From Klebsiella phage vB_KpnM-Bestiario: a DNA stretch of 24,000 nt. A model generated the notes under the pieces. The model ran no database searches. It saw only the letters and a program-made list of their open reading frames with translations, and was not told where the DNA came from. The stretch lies in sequence record PV891801.1, one strand, 5' to 3'. Positions 23,935-24,000 of the stretch are shown in pieces; the stretch's first letter is position 1; the number at the start of each line of letters is the position of its first letter. The translations under genes were made by a program, and so were the position numbers.

Positions 23935-24000
23935 AGGATACGTTTTGAAATAGCGGCAAAGAACCCTTCTTTATCTTCTTCAATAGGATTCTGAGCCACC
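23925..24000 (-). CDS. C-terminus of gene upstream of rIIB (rIIA by synteny only)
   Basis: Minus-strand frame ...VAQNPIEEDKEGFFAAISKRILGA*, open through the right edge. Confidence 0.5.
   Translation of the reverse strand, partial: VAQNPIEEDKEGFFAAISKRILGA

Noticed and set aside
1-24000. CRISPR arrays, tRNAs, rRNAs, transposons, retrons
   Set aside because: No regular repeat-spacer pattern, cloverleaf-like sequence, insertion-sequence ends/transposase or reverse transcriptase was seen; the only mobile-type gene is the GIY-YIG endonuclease. tRNAscan-SE would be needed to exclude tRNAs fully.

Overview
The window reads as a stretch of a T4-superfamily (Straboviridae/Ackermannviridae-type) lytic myovirus genome. 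It is almost fully coding, in four strand blocks. Block 1, + strand 1-3333: replication/repair operon with a gp30-like ATP-dependent DNA ligase, several small ORFs and a gp59-like helicase loader. Block 2, - strand 3336-8257: tail/baseplate genes resembling gp54, gp53 and gp27, plus a 661-aa tape-measure-like protein. Block 3, + strand 8311-9668: a free-standing GIY-YIG homing endonuclease whose stop overlaps the start of a gp4-like head-completion gene. Block 4, - strand 9676-24000: small accessory ORFs, a bacterial-PH-domain membrane protein, dCMP deaminase, a HAD-like hydrolase, a macro-domain protein, a DUF6527-like protein, both topoisomerase II subunits (gp52-like and gp39-like), a MazG-like protein, a NADAR-like protein, a Hoc-like Ig-domain protein, rIIB and the end of the gene upstream of it. 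The most interesting content is two predicted ADP-ribose-handling proteins (macro domain and NADAR-like) in the same accessory block, a possible ADP-ribosylation counter-defence set. Also notable are a phage PH-domain membrane protein, the homing endonuclease/gp4 fusion point, and recurrent perfect palindromes whose T-tracts face against the local genes. All family calls come from reading motifs by eye; no database search was run.
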